Made by a program: the position numbers and the translations under genes. The notes below the pieces were generated by a model. The model ran no database searches. It was not told the DNA's origin and saw only the letters and a program-made list of their open reading frames with translations. A stretch of 64,000 nucleotides of DNA from Octopus bimaculoides (Eukaryota): the NCBI RefSeq assembly GCF_001194135.2, contig NC_069004.1, forward strand, positions 8,499,749 to 8,563,748, given 5' to 3'. Of the stretch, positions 58,634-64,000 are shown piece by piece; positions within the stretch are counted from its first letter, which is position 1, and each line of letters opens with the position of its first letter.

Positions 58634-58681
58634 TAAGATCCAGGAAATACATCTACCAACCAATTGCAGATGCTAATGAAG
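58634..58681 (+). CDS. SLC37A3: SLC37A3-like coding exon 9 (central loop)
   Basis: ttcag|(L)RSRKYIYQPIADANE+G|gtaacc. Phase 1-1, position fits the central cytoplasmic loop. Confidence 0.7.
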
Positions 58682-59166
58682 GTAACCAGATTCATCTCCT
58701 CACACACACACACACACATACTGTCTACCAAGCACTGACAACTTTCTTATGACTTATTTAGACAGGGAAAGGCAGCACCTCTGACTTTGAGTTTTTTTGC
58801 AGGGCTTCAGTGACTGGTCAGAGAAAGGGAGTGAGGAGAAAGAGCTCATTGCTTGTGGTCTATTTTCAGATTGAAAGTCCAGCCAAATGCTTGCAAGCAT
58901 TTTGTCTGACGTGCTAATTATTCTGCCAAACAACCACAATAACATAGTAAATAATAATTTCTAATGTAACAACAATAAATTATAATAATGTGCAAGTTCA
59001 GAACTGTTGTCTTATAGTAACATAGATTTCTTCATCAACTCCTCTCTTCACTAAAATATTCATCTTCACAATCCACCGTACTGCAACATATGTTTGTTTC
59101 TGTTTTTTCCCTTTAACCCTCTGTCTCCTCTTATATATTTATTTGTTTATTTCCTCCAAACATCAG

Positions 59167-59202
59167 ATGTTATGACCCCACATTGTTCTTACACTGAGAG
59201 TG
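59167..59202 (+). CDS. SLC37A3: SLC37A3-like coding exon 10a (36 nt)
   Basis: catcag|(D)VMTPHCSYTES+G|gtaagt. Phase 1-1, long polypyrimidine tract. Confidence 0.62.
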
Positions 59203-59458
59203 GTAAGTAAAAGCAAAACTAATCTCTAACCCCTAAATATATTCTTATTTGAATATTGTATTTTGATATCCTTGTTTCGCATGCTTTGTTTTTCTGTGAA
59301 AGCAATTTTAAAAGAAAAAATGGTTTGTTCTAATTTCTGGTTCAAGTTATTGTAATCATCATTGCCATCACCACCAGCATATTTATTATTATCATCATCT
59401 TAATCATCATCATTTTGATGTGACCATGTCAGTTATTTCATATGGCTTATCAATTAAT

Positions 59459-59490
<32 letters not shown>

Positions 59491-60732
59491 GTATATATAT
59501 ATATATATATAAGTGTGTGTACATAACCAGTCACCATGCTTGATCGCTAAATCCACAAGTTTTTTTAGTCTCTCCCTGTTTATTTTCTCGTGTTCCTTTC
59601 TGTTGAAGAGNNNNNNNNNNNNNNNNNNNNNNNNNNNNNNNNNNNNNNNNNNNNNNNNNNNNNNNNNNNNNNNNNNNNNNNNNNNNNNNNNNNNNNNNNN
59701 NNNNNNNNNNNNNNNNNNNNNNNNNNNNNNNNNNNNNNNNNNNNNNNNNNNNNNNNNNNNNNNNNNNNNNNNNNNNNNNNNNNNNNNNNNNNNNNNNNNN
59801 NNNNNNNNNNNNNNNNNNNNNNNNNNNNNNNNNNNNNNNNNNNNNNNNNNNNNNNNNNNNNNNNNNNNNNNNNNNNNNNNNNNNNNNNNNNNNNNNNNNN
59901 NNNNNNNNNNNNNNNNNNNNNNNNNNNNNNNNNNNNNNNNNNNNNNNNNNNNNNNNNNNNNNNNNNNNNNNNNNNNNNNNNNNNNNNNNNNNNNNNNNNN
60001 NNNNNNNNNNNNNNNNNNNNNNNNNNNNNNNNNNNNNNNNNNNNNNNNNNNNNNNNNNNNNNNNNNNNNNNATATATATAATCCTCTATAATCCTCTCTG
60101 TGAGTCCTAGGATCTGTAGATCCTTTCTCAGTGCTTTGTTCCACGTCTCCCTGGGTCTGCCCCTTCCACATGGCTTGATATTCTGTACTTATTCTATTGA
60201 CCTTGAATGGATGAAAGGCAAAGTCAACCTTGGTGGAATTTGAACTCAGAACACAAAGATGGACAAAATGCCGCTAAGCGTTATGTGCAACATGTTAATG
60301 ATTCTGGTAGCTCACTGTCCTAACAACAACAATAATAGTTGTTTCTGATTTAGCCTCAAGGCCAGCAATTTGAGAGTGGAGTAGGGACTAGTTAATTACA
60401 TATATTTTATCGACCCTAGAAGGATGAAAAGCAAAGTTGACTTCAGTAGGGTTTGAACTCAGAAAGTCAGATAATCAGAAGAAAAGCCACAAAGCCTTTT
60501 GTCTGACATGCTAATTATTCTGCCACAACAACTACAATAACATGGTAAATAATAATTTCTAATGTAACAACAATAAATTATAATAATGTGCAATTTCAGA
60601 ACTGTTGCTTTATAGCAACATAGATTTCTTCATCAATTCCTCTCTTCACTAAAATATGTTTGTTTCTGTTTTTTCCCTTTAACCCTCTGTCTCCTCTTAT
60701 ATATTTATTTGTTTATTTCCTCCTAACATCAG

Positions 60733-60768
60733 ATGTTATGACCCCACATTGTTCTTACACTGAGAGTG
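60733..60768 (+). CDS. SLC37A3: SLC37A3-like coding exon 10b (identical duplicate of 10a)
   Basis: Identical 36 nt with intact AG/GT, inside a ~450-bp direct duplication (58901-59400 vs 60499-60945). Confidence 0.5.
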
Positions 60769-61938
60769 GTAAGTAAAACCAAGACTAGGGTCCAACCCCT
60801 AAATATATTCTTATTTGAATATAGTATTTTGAAATCCTTGTTTCGCATGCTTTGTTTTTCTGTGAATGCAATTTTAAAAGAAAAAATGGTTTGTTCTAAT
60901 ATCTAGTTTTAAGTTATCATAATCATCATCGCCATCATCACCATCATCATCAGGATCAAGATCCTCACCACCATCATCACCATCTTTTTTACATTTTTTT
61001 TTTATCTTCTGTACTTGGTTTAAATAGATTTTCTTCCATCTTGTGTTTTGCCACTCTTTGTGGACCATTGCACTAGGTCATGTACCTTCACAATCCCCCA
61101 TACTACACCATTATTATTATTTGATGTTACTTAAAGAGAGATGGTGTGGCTGGGAAGGAAGAAGTGTGACCATTTCATACTGTTTGAGATTCATTGTCAT
61201 CAATCTTGAAAGTACCGTGTTATCTTAATACATGTATTGATATTGATTTGTAAAACATGTTGGGCCTGGTTGGAGGCCCAAGTTTCCAAGTTCTTTTACA
61301 GGGCTTAGAAAAACTGAAGAACCTCTGCAATAAGTCTGTGAATCTGAGAGGGAATCAGTTGAATAAAATCAGAATTAACTGATCCTCCTTTATTTTCTTT
61401 TACCCAAAGCCAGGAACTTTTCTGCAATGCCTTGTATTTTTGTGTGTGTGTGTGTTGAAATGTTCTCATAAACATAGAAAAGCATTTTAATATTTCAATA
61501 CTAAATAACACCTTAATTATAATTGTTTTTCTTATAATCAAATAAGCATAATTTTTCTGAATTTTTTTTAGCATGTATAAATGAATAGATAACTAAACGT
61601 CATGATGTAGCATTTCTATCTTTATATCTACTGAAGTCATTGTAAGTTTAAACACTAAACTAGCTTTACTTAGAATATTCTATTTCTTCTTAACGTTCTT
61701 TTTGTATGCATTCTTGTATTAGAGATATTATCTCAGTTCGCGTTGACCTTCACCTATTTTGGATTACTTTGATAACATTGTGTTAGCATAAATTTTCATG
61801 TATAATGGTTTGGCTGGTACTTTGTACCTTTTCTTTACATCTGAATATGTTGGCACAATAGAAATGATCATTGGTGATGTCTGGTGTAATCATCAATTAA
61901 AGATGTGATTTTCTCCATTCTTGTTCAAGTTGTAAAAG

Positions 61939-61992
<54 letters not shown>

Positions 61993-63161
61993 ATGCCATT
62001 ATTCAGTTTTGTTTCAAGATTTCTTGCCAATAGAGAAAGAGTTGGTTTCTAGCCTAGATCCAAGGCTCCTTCATTGGAATTTTAACAGCATCAACGGTAT
62101 TTTTGTATGTATGTATAGTGCAGATCTGTATGTTTTGTTTTAAGTATGTCTTCTTGATTATTATGTATGGGGCACAGTTGAGTGAGAAACCAAAAAAACT
62201 CCTTATAACAACTATCTAGACATGCTCATATATACTTAAATAATGTATGTATGTATTACTTAGAATTAGGTGGTCCCATGTCAGGTAACACATGAGGCAG
62301 TCAAATAGATAGATGGATACCTGCCTACCCACTAGTATTGTTCATCCAGTGTTATAAGTTTGATATCAGATATGCAACAGTAAGTGTAATGATGTAGATA
62401 AAGATATGGTTTTTTTAACATTTGGCACAGTGATTAACATTTTGAATGAAAGGAAATGGTGACTCAGGTGAGACGTCTGGTGTTTTGCATGCATCTTATC
62501 GACTGTTGATTCTGTTCTTTTGCGTTTATTGAATTAATATGCATGCATGCATGAAGATAACCTACATATATACACATACTCATACATGTATATATATTTG
62601 TACACATAGACATACCATACACAAACGTATATATATATATATATATATATTTACTCATTCACATGCATGTGCATGCATAGACATATGCACACATATATAT
62701 TTACTCATTCACATGCATGTGCATGCATAGACATATGCACACATATACACATACATTTACGCATATTCCACATTCAATACGTGCATGCACACACACCTAT
62801 ATGTAAATACATGTACACACATACTGACAAATGTGCATGCATTACGTATATAACCTATGAAATATATACAGGGTGCGGAGAATAAATTGCCATCTAAATT
62901 ACACAAAAATGAAAATAACACTGACATCTCATTTTAACAGATATATTTACTAAAATTACATAAAAATATCTTGAAATACTAAAAAGTAAATTAATTCAAT
63001 AAAATCGCAATTTATATTTTGGAGGGTGTATATTATTGTTGTCCTTATTTTGGTCATTTTCTGCCAATAAAATCCTAGTTGAGTACTGGGGTCAGTGAAA
63101 TCAACTTACGCCTTCCCTCCAAATTGCCGACCTTGTGCCAAAATTTGAAGCCAATATTCAA

Positions 63162-63381
63162 CCCTTTAGCATTTAAACCAGCCATAATCAGCCCAAATAT
63201 TCTACTTGTTTTATGTTCAAGCCAGCCAAGTCTGGCTTCTCACACTTACCTTACAATGTCATTCTAAAAATAAACAGCCACATGAACAAAAGCTCAAAGC
63301 TACAAGATAATGCAGGATTAATTTAAAATCATGTGAATAAATAATCTTTACATTTGATAGACTAATTTCAATGCTAAAGGG
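63162..63381. mobile_element. piggyBac-type MITE (220 bp), same family as 26410-26630, opposite orientation
   Basis: TCAA|CCCTTTAGCATTTAAACC ... GCTAAAGGG|TTGA (eroded TTAA TSDs). Partial copies at ~51105-51360 and ~57870-57913. Confidence 0.75.
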
Positions 63382-64000
63382 TTGAATGCCTTTAAGACCT
63401 GGAATGATTTTCTTTTGTAAAATTAAGTGCACCTTATATCCCATCAAATACGGTATTTGTTTATGAAAGCTTCAGACATTATGAAAGTTTATTTGTTCAG
63501 CTGTTTATGAAAGTTTGGGACATCATTATGGTAAAAGATTTTTATTGCTGTTGTAATGATATGGAGTGTTGAGGAGCTGCAGAGCAAAAGAAGATTTTCA
63601 AAGTTGCTAAGGGAAACTTTACCTATCCGGATGGTTGGCATTAAGCAAGGGCATCCAGCCTTAAAACCATACCAAAGTTTACCATCTAACACATGCCAGC
63701 ATGGAAAATGAATGTTAAATGATGAGGATGATGCTGATGATGATGATGATATCAGAATATGAAAGTCTGAAGCGTTAAGGGTGTTAAGAATGATACAAAA
63801 AATATTCTGTTGCTGGTCACATGACATAGAAGTTTGATGTATTATGGGATAGGGAAACCTTTCAAGTCTTAGAAGAGGCATGTTCTATTGCTGGTGCAAC
63901 AGAATCAAGCAAAGTCAGCTTATATTTATCAGAGGTGGGCCAGATTGGAAAGGAAAGAGTTTTATGTTGTGCAGGCCAAAACAAAAAAAAAAAAAAAAAA

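Noticed and set aside
61000-64000. Search for downstream SLC37A3 exons (AISFYQA..LPGV..YSLAYACLKLVNYSFFFWLP-like)
   Set aside because: No matching frame with splice sites was found; these exons probably lie beyond the window or in a gap.
1-64000. CRISPR arrays, rRNA or bona fide tRNA genes
   Set aside because: None seen. The 84-bp periodicity is the zinc-finger repeat, and the tRNA-like A/B boxes belong to SINE heads lacking a full cloverleaf.

Overview
AT-rich, microsatellite- and SINE-dense animal genomic DNA with several assembly gaps. The '[16 protein letters not shown]'-type zinc-finger cluster and the repeat content point to an octopus (inference, not verifiable here). Left half (1-34 kb): a tandem cluster of seven C2H2 zinc-finger genes (ZNF-1 to ZNF-7; orientation -,-,+,+,-,-,-) with 11-20 fingers each in a single coding exon and no recognisable KRAB/ZAD/BTB/SCAN domain. 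Six share a copied promoter/non-coding first-exon cassette, and several share candidate 38-59 nt non-coding exons. Five carry a decayed ANTISENSE zinc-finger fragment at the same position of their 5'UTR intron. Interspersed are relics of Tc1, Academ, RTE, Gypsy, hAT and piggyBac elements. Right half (40-61 kb, + strand): the first ten coding exons of an SLC37A3-like MFS sugar-phosphate exchanger. Its 36-nt tenth exon is tandemly duplicated with intact splice sites, and intron 7 contains a ~150-nt hairpin. The 3' exons of this gene were not found in the window. Exon, promoter and TE-family calls were made by eye, without alignment tools or expression data.
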